A DNA stretch of 64,000 nt. Source: an uncultured Planctomycetota bacterium (GTDB taxonomy: Bacteria; Planctomycetota; Planctomycetia; Isosphaerales; Isosphaeraceae). Of the stretch, positions 10,208-21,282 are shown in pieces (positions within the stretch are counted from its first letter, which is position 1; each line of letters opens with the position of its first letter). A program made the position numbers and the translations under genes. Location of the stretch: positions 288,001 to 352,000 of the forward strand of contig CAWJTV010000009.1 in assembly GCA_963845755.1 (NCBI GenBank), given 5' to 3'. Below the pieces are notes generated by a model, which was not told the origin of the DNA, made no database searches, and was given only the letters and a program-made list of their open reading frames with translations.

Positions 10208-10266
10208 CCCTCAACAAAGGGGACTGGCTCCGAGTCTTCGAGGTGCCTGTCCCCCTTTTTTGAGGG
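10208..10266. repeat. REP-like palindromic element, copy 2
   Basis: Core GGGGACTGGCTCCGAGTCTTCGAGGTGCCTGTCCCC with different self-complementary outer arms CCCTCAA/TTGAGGG. Confidence 0.85.
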
Positions 10267-10351
10267 GCTCTTAAATATTTTCGTCCAAATAGATGCGTAT
10301 ACAGGTTTCTGCCGCGGCCAGAGGGTCGCGGCTTCATGGCTCGGAGGTGAG

Positions 10352-11765
10352 ATGGCCACCCAGTTTGAAGGCGTGTTGCAGGCGGGCGGGAGCGCGCACG
10401 GCGCGGTGACATTGACGCCGCAGGCCCGCCGTCTCTTGGAGGGGCCGGTTCTGCCGACGCTCCTGCGGCTGGCCGCCCCTACCGTGGCACTCATGCTGCT
10501 CCAGGGCGTGATCGCTGCCGGTGAGGCGGCTTTCGTCGGGCGGCTGGGTTCTTATGCCCTGGCCGGCGTGTCCCTGAGTTTCCCGATGGTGATGCTGATG
10601 ACCACCCTGTCGGCCGGGGCTTACGGCGGCGGTGTCGCCTCGGGCGTCGCGCGGGCGCTCGGTGCCGGGAGGTCCGATGATGCCGCGCGAGTCGCGGGGA
10701 CCGCCCTCGGGATGTCCGCCATCCTGGGATTGGCCTCGACGGCCACCATGTTGCTCTTCGGGCGGGCGTTCTACGCCGCGCTGGGAGCCACCGGCCCGGC
10801 CCTGGAAGCCGCGGTCCTCTACTCCGACGTGTTCTTCCTCGGCGCCATCCCGTTCTGGCTGTTCAATGCCGCCGCCAGTGTCCTGCGCGGGGGCGGCAAC
10901 ACGGCGTACCCGGCCGCTGCGGGCGCCGTGGGGGGCGTGGTCACGCTGGCGGCGTCTCCGCTGGTCATCTTCGGAGCGGGACCCATCCCTGGGTTCGGGA
11001 TCGCCGGCGCGGCGTGGGCGGTGGTGACCTACAACGTGGCGATGGCGGCCGTGCTCCTGCGGGCGGTCTGGGCGTCCGGGTCGCCGACGCGGCCGGGGTT
11101 CTGTTCGCTCGTGCCGGAGTGGCGTTATGCCTTCGAGGTCCTCAGAGTCTCGGTGCCGAGCGCCGCCAGCACGCTGGTGACCAACCTCACGTTCATCATC
11201 CTGACGGCCCTGGTCGCGCCGTTCGGGGCAGAGGCGATTGCCGGGTACGGTGCCGGGGGGCGTCTGGAGTACCTGCTGATCCCCATCGTGTTCGGCGTCG
11301 GCTCGGCGCTGGTTCCCCTGGTTGCCGCCAGCGACGGGGCGGGGGACTTCGGGCGCGTCCGCAGGCTGACCCGCGCCGGCGCGGTGCGGCGCGGGGGGAT
11401 GCGGGCTGGTGGGGGGTACCGCCGCCCTGTTCCCGTGGGCGTGGATGGGGCTGTTCACCTCTGACCCTGCGGTGGCGGGGTTCGGCAGGTCGTACCTGGT
11501 CCGGGTCGGCCCGGCCTACGCGTTCCTCGGGCTGGGGCTGGCCCTGTATTTCGCCGCGCAGGGGCGTGGGCGGACGGCGCAGCCGCTGCTGGCCACCCTG
11601 ACCCGTCTTCTGGTCGCCGGGGCGCTGGGCGCCCTGGGGCTGGGTGCCCTCGGCTGGGGGATCGACTCCCTGTTCGCCCTGATGGCCTGCGGCCTCGTCT
11701 TGTACGGGATGGTCATGGTCGCCGTGATGCGCCGCGAACTCGGGTTTTACACCGGAGGGAGGTGA
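10352..11765 (+). CDS. MATE family efflux transporter (frameshift near 11385-11410)
   Basis: LLEGPVLPTLLRLAAP, GGVASGVARALGAG, AGYGAGGRLEYLLIP; C-terminus in frame 11409-11765. Confidence 0.85.
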
Positions 11766-11768
11766 GTG

Positions 11769-12948
11769 ATGCGGATTCTTCTCCTTGGGCTTTGTCTCGG
11801 TCTGGCCGGCTGTGCCCGGGTGCCTTCGGAGGCGCCGACGGCCGCGCCCACACCGGTCGCGGTCAGCCGTCCGGTCGAACGAGACGTGACCGACTACGCG
11901 GACTTCACCGGCCGGACGGCCGCGGTGGATTCCGTCGAGGTGCGGGCGCACGTCCCGGGTTACCTCGACAAAGTCCACTTCAAGGAAGGGGCGCTGGTCA
12001 AGAAGGACGACAAGCTCATCGAGATCGACCCCCGGCAGTACCGGGCCGACCTCGAGCGGGCCCGGGGGACCGTGGCGCAATATGAGGCCCGCCTGCACCG
12101 ACTGGAGCGTGATTACCAGCGCGTCAAGAACCTGCTGGTGCGCGGGGCGGTCGGCCAGGAAGAATACGACCGGTACGAGGGCGATTACCGAGAGGCGGCG
12201 GCCAGCCTCGATGTCGCCAGGGCCAACCGCGACCTCGCCGCGCTGAACCTGGACTACACGCGGGTCACGGCGCCGGTCAGCGGGCGCGTCAGCCGATACG
12301 TCGTCACGGTGGGCAACCTGATCCAGTCGGGGGACCAGAACGGTGGCACCCTTCTCACCACGATCGTGTCTGTGGACCCGATGTATGTCTACTTCGACAT
12401 GGACGAGCGCACCGTGCTGCGCAGTCCGGCAGTTGATCCGTGAAGGCAAGGCCAGGTCGGACCGCGAGGCCGCGTGGCCCGTTTCGCTGGGCCTGGCCAC
12501 GGAAGAGGGATTCCCCCACCGGGGCACGATCAATTTCGAGGACAACCAGGTCAATCCGAGAACCGGCACCCTGCGCGTCCGAGGCGTGTTCGCCAACAAG
12601 GACGAGGCGCTCTCCCCCGGTTTTTTCGCCCGCGTCCGTGTGCCCATCGGTCAAGCCCACCGCGCCCTGCTGATCACCGACCGCGCCATCGACACCGACC
12701 AGGGCCAGAAGGTCGTATATGTGGTCAACGAGAAGAACGAGGTGGTCTCTCGCGCCGCCCGGCTGGGGGCGCTCCATCATGGCCTGCGGGAGATCACCGA
12801 CGGCCTGAACGCGGGCGAGCGGGTGATCGTCAACGGCCTGCAACAGGTGCGGCCGGGCGTCACGGTCGAGCCGAAGCTCGTGGACATGCCGATCTCAAGA
12901 GTCAGGGACCACAACGGGACCGCGCGCGTCGCGAGCGCCACGCAATGA
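11769..12948 (+). CDS. RND periplasmic adaptor lipoprotein (frameshift near 12422)
   Basis: Lipobox LAGC; VEVRAHVPGYL, VTAPVSGRVS, DNQVNPRTGTL, NGLQQVRPG. Confidence 0.88.
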
Positions 12949-12997
12949 TTCCCGGCCACCAGATCCTGACTGCCGACCGAGGAGAAGGAAGACTGTC

Positions 12998-15900
12998 ATG
13001 CTGGCACGTTTCTTTATTGACCGCCCGGTCCTTGCGTGGGTCATCTCCATCGTCATCGTCTTGCTCGGGGCCATCGCGGCGGGCTTCTTGCCCATCGCCG
13101 AGTACCCGGAGATCACGCCGCCGACGGTCCGGGTGACCGCCAGTTACCCCGGGGCCAACTCCCAGGTCGTGGCCGACACGGTGGCCGCGCCGATAGAGCA
13201 GCAGGTCGTGGGCGTCGAAGGGATGATGTACATGTCGTCCCAGAGCAACTACGACGGCTCGTACACCCTGGATGTGACCTTCGAGCTGGGCACCAACGTG
13301 AACATGGCCCAGGTACTGGTGCAGAACCGCGTCGCCATCGCCGAGCCGACGCTCCCCGACGTGGTCCGGACTATCGGCGTGAGCACCAAGAAACGGACCC
13401 CAGACGTCTTGCTGGGGATCAGTCTGTATTCCGAGGACGACCCGGAGACCGGCCGGCCGTATTATGATTCGCTCTACCTGAGCAATTACGCCACGATCAA
13501 CGTCAAGGACGCTGTGGCCCGGGTGGAGGGCGTCGGCGACGTGGTCATCCTTGGCCAGCAAGACTACAGCATGCGCGTCTGGCTGGACCCGGACAAGCTA
13601 CAGTCGCGAAATCTGACGGTGAACGACGTGATCCGGGTCTTGCGCGAGCAGAACGTGCAGGTGGCGGCGGGACGGATCGGCCAGCCGCCGGTCCCCAATG
13701 GCCAGGACTTCCAGTACACCCTGAGCACCCTCGGCCGGCTGGTCGAGGCCGAGCAGTTCGCGGAGATCATCCTCAATACCGGCAACGACGGGGAAGTCAC
13801 CAACCTGCGGGACGTCAGCCGGACCGAACTGGGGGCCCGGAACGAGGACACGCTCGGGCGGCTGGACGGCCGGCCGTCGCCGGCCGTTGTCGTCTTTCTG
13901 TTGCCTGGCTCGAACGCCCTGGACACCGCCGACGGCATCAAGGCCAAGATGCGGGAGCTGGAAACGCGGTTCCCCAAGGGGCTGCGTTACCTCATCGGCT
14001 ACGATACCACGCCGTTCATCCGCGAATCCGTGAATGAGGTGTTCCATACGCTGCGCGACTCCGTCATCCTGGTCGCCCTCGTCATCCTGCTGTTCTTGCA
14101 AGACTGGAAAGCCCTGCTCCTGCCCGTGATCGACATGGCCGTCTCGCTGGTCGGCACCTTCGCCGTCATGAGCCTGATGGGCTTCAGCCTGAACAACCTG
14201 ACGCTGTTCGGGCTGGTGCTGGCCATCGGCCTCGTCGTGGACGACTCCATCGTCGTTCTGGAGAACATCGAGCGCTGGCTGGACAAGGGCCTGCCCGTGC
14301 GCGAAGCCACGATCCAGGCCATGAACGAGATCACCGGGCCGATCCTCGCCATGACGCTGGTGCTCAGCTCGGTGCTGCTACCCAGCGCCTTCCTCGGCGG
14401 CATCACCGGCCAGTTCTTCCGCCAGTTCGCCTTGACCATCTCGGTGGCGATGATCATCTCGGCAATCAACGCCATGACCATGACGCCGGCGCGGGCAACC
14501 TGGATCTTTGCCAGCCGCAAGCCCGGCCAGCACGGCGATCAGGGCAAAGAAGCGCTGCCGTGGTGGAGCTTCGCCCTGTTCGGCGGGCTGGCGACCGCGT
14601 GGCTGCTGGCGCCGACGCTGCGGCGCATGGTTGGGCCTGCCCGCCGGCGAGGACGGCGAGGCGGCGCCCGGTGGCCTGCGAGCCACCTTGCTCACTTGGG
14701 GAATCGCCGGCGTCGTTTTCCTTCCGGGCGCGGTCGCGGGCGGGACACTGGGCTGGTTTTTGATCCGCCCGGTGAACTGGGCACTGGATCATTTCTTCCG
14801 CGGCTTCAACGGGATCTTCGAGCGGACGACGCACGCCTACGGCAGGATCGTGGGCTGGTGCCTTCGCCTTAGCGTCATCGTGCTCCTCGTCTACGTCGGC
14901 CTGATCGGTTTGACGGGCTTCGGCTTCGCCCGCGTCCCCAGTGGGTTCGTCCCCATCCAGGACAAGGGCTACCTCGTGGTGAACATCCAGTTGCCCGATT
15001 CCGCTTCGCTGGAGCGCACGGTCGAGGTGACCGAGGCGGTCGAGAAGATTGCCCTCGATACGCCCGGAGTGGCCCACACGGTGGCCGTGCCGGGGCTGTC
15101 GTTCGTCTTGAACGCCAACAGTTCAAACTACGGCAATATGTTCGTCATCCTCAAGCCGTTCCACGAACGGCGGGACCCCTCGCGCACCGGCGAGGCCATC
15201 GTGGGCCATCTCCGCGGGCGCTTGCAGCGGGAGGTCCCGGAGGCGCGCGTGCTCGCCTTCGGGCCGCCGGCGGTCCGGGGCCTCGGCAACGCCGGCGGCT
15301 TCAAGCTGATGGTTGAAGCCACCGGCGACGTCAACTTTGACGCGTTGCAGGCCCGGGCGGACAACCTGGTCGCCCAGGGGAACCAACAGCCCGGGCTCGT
15401 CGGCCTCTTCAACGGCTTCCGCGCCGGACGCCGCAGCTCTACGCGGAGATCGACCGGACCAAAGTCCGGACGATGGGGGTGGCGCTCACCGACGTCTTCG
15501 ATGCGCTGCAGGCCTACCTGGGCAGCTACTACGTCAACGACTTCAACCGCTTCGGCCGCACCTGGCAGGTGAACGTCCAGGCCGACGCCCCCTTCCGCGT
15601 GGACGCGGAAACCGTCAAACAGCTCAAGGTCCGAAACGCCGACGGCGACATGGTCCCGCTGGGCGCCGTGGTGGACATCCGCGAATCCGTCGGCCCGGTG
15701 ACGATCACGCGATATAACATGTTCCCTGCGGCGACGATCACCGGCTCCTGGCAGCCGGGGGTCAGCACCGGCGACGTCCTCCGGACGATGGAACGCTTGT
15801 CAAACAAGGAGTTGCCGCGCTCCATGACCTATGAGTGGACCGAGCTGAGCTACCTGCAGAAGCAGTCCAGCAAGATCGAGCAGTTCCGCGACCTGCGACA

Positions 15901-16577
15901 GAACCCGTTCAGCGCGTTCGTGCTGGGGGCGCTGCTGGTCTTCTTCGTGCTGGCCGGTCTGTACGAGAGCTGGTCGCTGCCACTGGCGGTGATCCTGGTC
16001 GTGCCGATGTGCGTGTTGTGCGCCCTCACCGGCGTCGCGGTCCGCGGCATGGACAACAACATCTTCACCCAGATCGGCTTCGTGGTGTTGATCGGCCTGG
16101 CCTGTAAGAACGCCATCCTTATCGTCGAGTTCGCCCGCGACCGCCAGCAGGAAGGTGCCTCCCGGTTCGCCGCCGCCGTGGAGGCCGCCCGGGTGCGGCT
16201 GCGGCCGATCGTGATGACCTCGGCATGCTTCATCCACATGGTGCCACCGTACTTCGCAGCCGGCGCCGGCGCCGAGATCGCGCCGCTCGCTGGGAACCGC
16301 CGTGCTGTGGGGCGCCTTCGGCGTGACCCTGTTCGGTATCTTCCTGACGCCGGTCTTCTACTCCGTGGTGCGCCGGCTCAGTGGCCAGGGGCCGGTCAAG
16401 CCCGCGCACGGCGCGGGTCCGACGCGGCGCCAGCCGGGACGGTCCCGGAAGGCCCAGACTGGGCGAGGCCGGGTGCTTTCCCTGCGAGGAACGGAGAAGC
16501 CGAATACGCAAGCCTTGACTTCCTGGGGATGCACCGTGAGCCCGGCAGTAGGAGGAGTTGACCGATGCGGATCGTAG
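12998..16577 (+). CDS. HAE1-type RND efflux permease (frameshifts near 14625, 15425, 16280)
   Basis: FFIDRPVLAWV, GLVVDDSIVV, QDKGY, YESWSLP, KNAILIVEF, RLRPIVMTS, FLTPVFY across four frames. Confidence 0.88.
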
Positions 16578-16703
16578 AACACCCTCGGCAACGAGGGCGT
16601 GACCGAGATCGCCCGGACGCTCGACCGTAAGAAGCACGAACTGGCCGAGAAGGCGGCCGGTGGGGCGCCCGCGCCGGCCCGGCTCTTTCCAGGAGGCAAC
16701 GCC

Positions 16704-17620
16704 ATGACCGAATCCTGGTTCTCCGTGGTCCACGCCCGAACGACGTCGGACAGGCCCTTCGCCGACGTGCAGGCCGCCTTCGAGCGGCGACTCGGTCGGT
16801 TCGAGCCGGACGCATACCAGGCGCTCGCCGAGGGCGGCGACCCGGCGGCGGTCCGGGCCCGGCTCGAGGCGATGGCCGGCTCCAGCGGCTTCATGCTCTT
16901 CAGCACCAGCGACCACGGGAGACTCCTGCGGATCGTCGGCTAGCCTGGATTCCCATGGAGGCAGATTGGGCTAACATTTGTTGCCGCATGATTGGAAAAA
17001 AGCCCGCGATACTCAGCTTTTCGCCTCGGAACTGGTTATGCTCCTCCAAGAGTTAAAGGTGGGTCTCCCACTAAGTTAACTTGATCACCATGGATTATAT
17101 GTTCGTCGATCGAATCTCACTTCCTCCTGGAAAACAAGGGGTTCTTGCGACAAATCTATCGAATTCACCACAGTGGATGCATTGAGTTGACACCGTGGAT
17201 GCTCTTTTTTCAGTTTACGGATCACCTAACATCGAGAGAGGCGTTTCGATGAGCCGTTTCAAGCCAGAACCACTTGAAATCCAGGGGAAAACCCACTTCG
17301 ACGAATTTTGCTTCGTTTATGGATTGCGTCGTAGCCTACCCCGTTTTTGCCTCCATGGGAATCCAGGCTAGCAGCGGAAGGCCCTACAGTACGTCATCGG
17401 TAACCCGCTGTTAGCGGTCGAAATGACCCGGCACGCCATCGGCGCGGGCCTGTACGCACCGCTGCGCGCACTGATCTACGAGGCCGATGAAGGCAAATCG
17501 TACATCGAGTACGACCGCCCCTCGTCCTTCTTCGGGCAGTTCGGGGACGAGCGGGTCAACATGATGGCCGCCACGCTCGACCAGAAGCTGGCGGATCTGG
17601 CGGCCACGGCGACGCGCTGA
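16704..17620 (+). pseudogene. DUF302 protein interrupted by a MITE
   Basis: FMLFSTSDHGRLLRIVG | QRKALQYVIGNPLLAVEMTRHAIGAGLYAPLRALIYE..YDRPSS; halves in frame once the insert is removed. Confidence 0.8.
16944..17367. mobile_element. 424-bp MITE, non-autonomous relative of the IS at 19153
   Basis: 20-bp TIR CCTGGATTCCCATGGAGGCA; CTAG on both sides; AT-rich interior with no long ORF. Confidence 0.9.
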
Positions 17621-17829
17621 CGGTCCGCATAAGGTGTTCCATGCGCGGCGATGCAATTCTCGGATTACACAACCCTCTATTCATCCGAGTCCACTCATAA
17701 ATGCAGATCTCCAGACTTCCGTCAATCGGGGCGTCGTGGCTGAAAACTTCGCGGCCAAGCTCGCCGTTACAGCCTTCGGTGTCGCCCTTCGAAGCCGAGC
17801 TCAGGGCACCTGGCTCGACCTGCAATTAG

Positions 17830-18153
17830 ACCTAAGCGGAGGGCCAGGCCATTGAGCTCCCAGCGCATGTGCTGGTTGGACAGGGCGAACAACTGTCGCA
17901 CGGTCCCAGGGCGGACTTCGCGCACGCGCCTTGAGCAACCGCTCCGCGACGGCGCCGAGCAATTCGTAGACCTGCAAGTTCAAGGAGGGGCCGTCAGGCG
18001 CGGATAACTTCGGAACAGCAGCCTGGCGCAGAGCAGGTGCAGCCGGTGGACGGCCCGGTCCATCATTGCCCGGACGATCGGCTCGGCGGGTGAATCCTCC
18101 GCCAACTCGTCCAGGTAGCGCTGGACCACGGCTGTGGTTCGTTCGTCGTTCAT
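17830..18153 (-). pseudogene. Truncated, frameshifted ECF-type sigma factor (paralog of 47154-47773)
   Basis: MNDERTTAVVQRYLDELA..LNLQVYELLGAVAERLLKA..QHMRWELN; region 4 missing. Confidence 0.75.
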
Positions 18154-18357
18154 GGCGCAACGTCACGTCCGAAGGGCGGTTGCATCCGTAGCGATTCCAC
18201 CGCGCAAGATGTCCGCCAGCTACGCTCAGTAGGACGTCCTCTCCAAACCCGGCGGCGGCAGCCACGACGATGCGGCCGACGCCACACTGGCCAATGGACG
18301 TGCCTATGCCCTGCGGCCAATACAGGTAGACCGGTCAGCCACACCCAGACCGTTGTT

Positions 18358-19152
18358 TCAGGGACCCACTGTCGGGTCGGATTCGTCCGCAGGTTCTACT
18401 TGGTGGCGGAGGTTCTCGATGGAGAGGCCGTCCACCCCTCGGAGGAGCTCCCCGGCGATCGTTTCGAGATGCGCAAGGATTGGCGGAGCTTCGTCAAGCT
18501 GTGCGTTTTCCGCGACGTCTTCCAGATCGGCCGCCTGGTTGCCGGCGACAGTGGAGAACGCCGAAAGCATCCCGTAGAACTTGTGAGCCGCTTCCCGTAA
18601 CCGCGGGGCGTCGTGGTCATGCACAGCCTCTCGGACCGCCGCCAGGTGCTCGGGGACGCGTGCCTGGAGCGACCGGCACATTTTCTGGAGCATGATCGGG
18701 TCGCCCCCGCAGGCAGCTAACAGAACTTTCGGGTCAAGCGGGTCCAGGCGGGGAGCTTCGCGGGGCGGACGACGCCTCCAAGCCCGGTCGATGGCCGCCC
18801 ACAGGTCAGCGGCATTAGACGGCTTGGCGAGGTACTCGTCCATGCCTGCCCTCAGGCACCTCTCGCGGTCTTCTTTCCGCGAGCGAGCGGTCAAGGCGAT
18901 GACTGGCAGGTGGCCTCCCGCCGTTCGCTCGCGCTCCCGGATCGCTCCGACAACGTGGAAGCCGTCCAGTTCAGGCATGTGGATGTCCAGGAGCAACAGG
19001 TCGAAGAGTTCGCGCTCCAGCAGGGCCAGCGCCTCCCGACCGTCAACCACCATCGTCGCCGAGAGCCCCTGGCCGGCCAGCATGTGCTCGAGAAGCTCCC
19101 GGTTGAACTCGTTGTCCTCGGCGACCAGGACGCGCAGCGGCACGCCTACTAG
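18358..19152 (-). CDS. Response regulator receiver + Hpt protein; N-terminus cut off by IS stack
   Basis: LVAEDNEFN..LLDIHMPELDG..ALTA..YLAKP; Hpt AAHKFYGML. Confidence 0.85.
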   Translation of the reverse strand, partial: LVGVPLRVLVAEDNEFNRELLEHMLAGQGLSATMVVDGREALALLERELFDLLLLDIHMPELDGFHVVGAIRERERTAGGHLPVIALTARSRKEDRERCLRAGMDEYLAKPSNAADLWAAIDRAWRRRPPREAPRLDPLDPKVLLAACGGDPIMLQKMCRSLQARVPEHLAAVREAVHDHDAPRLREAAHKFYGMLSAFSTVAGNQAADLEDVAENAQLDEAPPILAHLETIAGELLRGVDGLSIENLRHQVEPADESDPTVGP

Positions 19153-21279
19153 CCTGGATTCCCATGGAGGGGAAACCGGCTAACAAATTGGCTTGCAACT
19201 GATCCGGTTTATCCCTAAAATCCGGTTGTCTCTGGCACCGTCTCGTTATCGACGCCCAAGAACTATAGATACCCCAGCCACAGGGTCAACCCAAACATCC
19301 AACCGATGCAGATTCGATGTTGGGTCGCCATTTCGGCCTGAAATCCCAGGATTTCCCGCATTCTATCAACACATCAACGAGCGACTCCGAATCAGGATGG
19401 CACCGTGGCATCATGGACGATAATTCCAGAGAGCGCCTAACACTGGCCCGCCGCTTCTTGGAGCCTTCCAACTCCACCCATCGACAATACGAGGCCCTCC
19501 GAGCGTTCTTCGTCAACCGACTACCATCGGCCGAGGCGGCCGCTCGCTTCGGCTACTCACCGGGGAGCTTCCGCGTCCTCGTCCACCAGTTCCGCAGCCA
19601 GCCCGACCGCGATTTCTTCGCCCCCGCCCCACGCCAGGGCCGGCCTCCCGCCAAACGGAAACGGCTGCGGCAACAGGTCGTCGCCCTGCGCAAGCAGAAC
19701 CTCTCCGTCCACGACATCAGCCGCGCCTTGGCCCGCGACGGCGAGGCCCTCAGCCCGGCGGCGGTCGCCGCCATCCTCAAGGAAGAGGGCTTCGCCAAGC
19801 TGCCGCGACGAGTTGACGACGAGCGACCCGAACAGCCGCGCCCCGTCGTCGCCGAGATCGCCGATGTTCGCCGTCTCGACCTGACACAACGCCACCTGCG
19901 TACCCAGTTCGGCGGCCTGTTCCTGTTCTTCCCCTGGCTGATCGCCGCCGACTTGGACATGCTCCTGGGGCGGTGCGGCTTCCCCGGCTCCGAGATGATT
20001 CCCGCCGCCTGCGCCGTTCGGTCGCTCCTGGCTCTGAAACTCTTCGGCGATGCGCGCCATTCCCACGTCATGAGCGCGGTACTCGACGACGGGCTGGCTC
20101 TCTTCGCTGGCTTGAATGTGATCCCCAAGCGATCGTTCCTGACCGAATACAGTTGCCGGATCCCGCCGACGTGCTATCCCACCTTGATGCGCGACTGGTT
20201 CGACACGGTCAGTCGTCTGGGCTTGCGATGGGGGACCTCGTTCGACCTGGACTTCCACACCATCCCCTTCCACGGCGAGGATGCCCTGGTCGAGAAGCAC
20301 TACATCTCCAAGCGGAGCCGGAGTCAGAAGGGGATCCTGGCCTTCCTGGCCCAGGACGCCGAGACCCGCGTCTTCTGCTACGCCAATGCCGAGTTGCGCA
20401 AGGATCAGCGGGATGACGAGGTCCTTCGCTTCGTCGAATTCTGGAAGCGACGGACCGGACGGTTGCCCGCGGAGCTGATCTTCGACTGCACGTTGACGAC
20501 GTACGCCAAGCTCAACGAGCTGAACCGGATGAAGATCGACTTCATCACGTTGCGGCGACGGACCCCCAAGCACCTGGCGGAGATCGCGCGGGTCCCGCTC
20601 TCGGCCTGGCGGCGGGTCGAGCTGGAGAATGTCGCCCGCGCCTACAAGACACCGCGGGTGCTGGACCGCCAGGTCGCGCTGACGGACTACGATGGCCCGA
20701 TCCGCCAGTTGACCGTGGCCGATTTGGGTCACGAGGAGCCGACGTTGCTCTTGACCAACCAGTTGAGCCGGTCGGCGTCGCACCTGATCGGCCGCTACGC
20801 CCGGCGGATGATCATCGAGAACACCATCGCCGACGGGATCGACTTCTTCCACATGGACGCGCTGAGCTCGGCGGTGGCGATGAAGGTCAACTGCGACCTG
20901 CAACTGACCTTGATGGCCAGCAGCCTGTACCGGCTGCTGGCAGCCCGAGTCGGCCAGGGTTACGAGGTCGCCGAGTCGCGCCACCTGTTCCGAGACTTGG
21001 TGGATGCCACGGCGGGAATCACGATCGGAGAGAGCGAGTTGGTGGTCCGGTATCAGAGGCGGGCACACAATCCGCTGCTGATCGCCGCCGGGTTTGATCA
21101 GACCGACGTGGCCGTCCCCTGGCTGGGGGGCAAGCGACTGCGGCTGGTCTTCGGATGAGGTCATGCTGGCCCCCGGGCCGACCGTGGTGTAAAGTCCAGA
21201 ACTAACGTCGCAACGCATTGCCACATCTTCATGCAGCTTGCCGATTTGTTAGCGAGTTTCCCCTCCATGGGAATCCAGG
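19153..21279 (+). mobile_element. IS of IS4 superfamily/IS1380-like type
   Basis: 24-bp perfect TIR CCTGGATTCCCATGGAGGGGAAAC, extending imperfectly to about 39 bp; CTAG at 19149-52 and 21280-83. Confidence 0.9.
19413..21158 (+). CDS. DDE transposase with N-terminal HTH
   Basis: DLDFHTIP..LIFD..YARRMIIEN (Y-x2-R-x3-E); enclosed by TIRs. Confidence 0.85.
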   Translation: MDDNSRERLTLARRFLEPSNSTHRQYEALRAFFVNRLPSAEAAARFGYSPGSFRVLVHQFRSQPDRDFFAPAPRQGRPPAKRKRLRQQVVALRKQNLSVHDISRALARDGEALSPAAVAAILKEEGFAKLPRRVDDERPEQPRPVVAEIADVRRLDLTQRHLRTQFGGLFLFFPWLIAADLDMLLGRCGFPGSEMIPAACAVRSLLALKLFGDARHSHVMSAVLDDGLALFAGLNVIPKRSFLTEYSCRIPPTCYPTLMRDWFDTVSRLGLRWGTSFDLDFHTIPFHGEDALVEKHYISKRSRSQKGILAFLAQDAETRVFCYANAELRKDQRDDEVLRFVEFWKRRTGRLPAELIFDCTLTTYAKLNELNRMKIDFITLRRRTPKHLAEIARVPLSAWRRVELENVARAYKTPRVLDRQVALTDYDGPIRQLTVADLGHEEPTLLLTNQLSRSASHLIGRYARRMIIENTIADGIDFFHMDALSSAVAMKVNCDLQLTLMASSLYRLLAARVGQGYEVAESRHLFRDLVDATAGITIGESELVVRYQRRAHNPLLIAAGFDQTDVAVPWLGGKRLRLVFG

Positions 21280-21282
21280 CTA

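Noticed and set aside
9542..10254. 36-bp identical palindromic repeats as a CRISPR array
   Set aside because: Only two copies, about 640 bp apart with a gene between; no cas genes
9091..16943. Stop-codon recoding to explain in-frame TAA (9091) and TAG (16941)
   Set aside because: The two codons differ, both serve as normal stops elsewhere, and no recoding machinery is visible
19557..21224. Long antisense ORFs (also 26689-28344, 30162-31802, 40494-42098, 48082-49533, 62607-63971)
   Set aside because: Shadow ORFs opposite well-supported genes, typical of high-GC DNA
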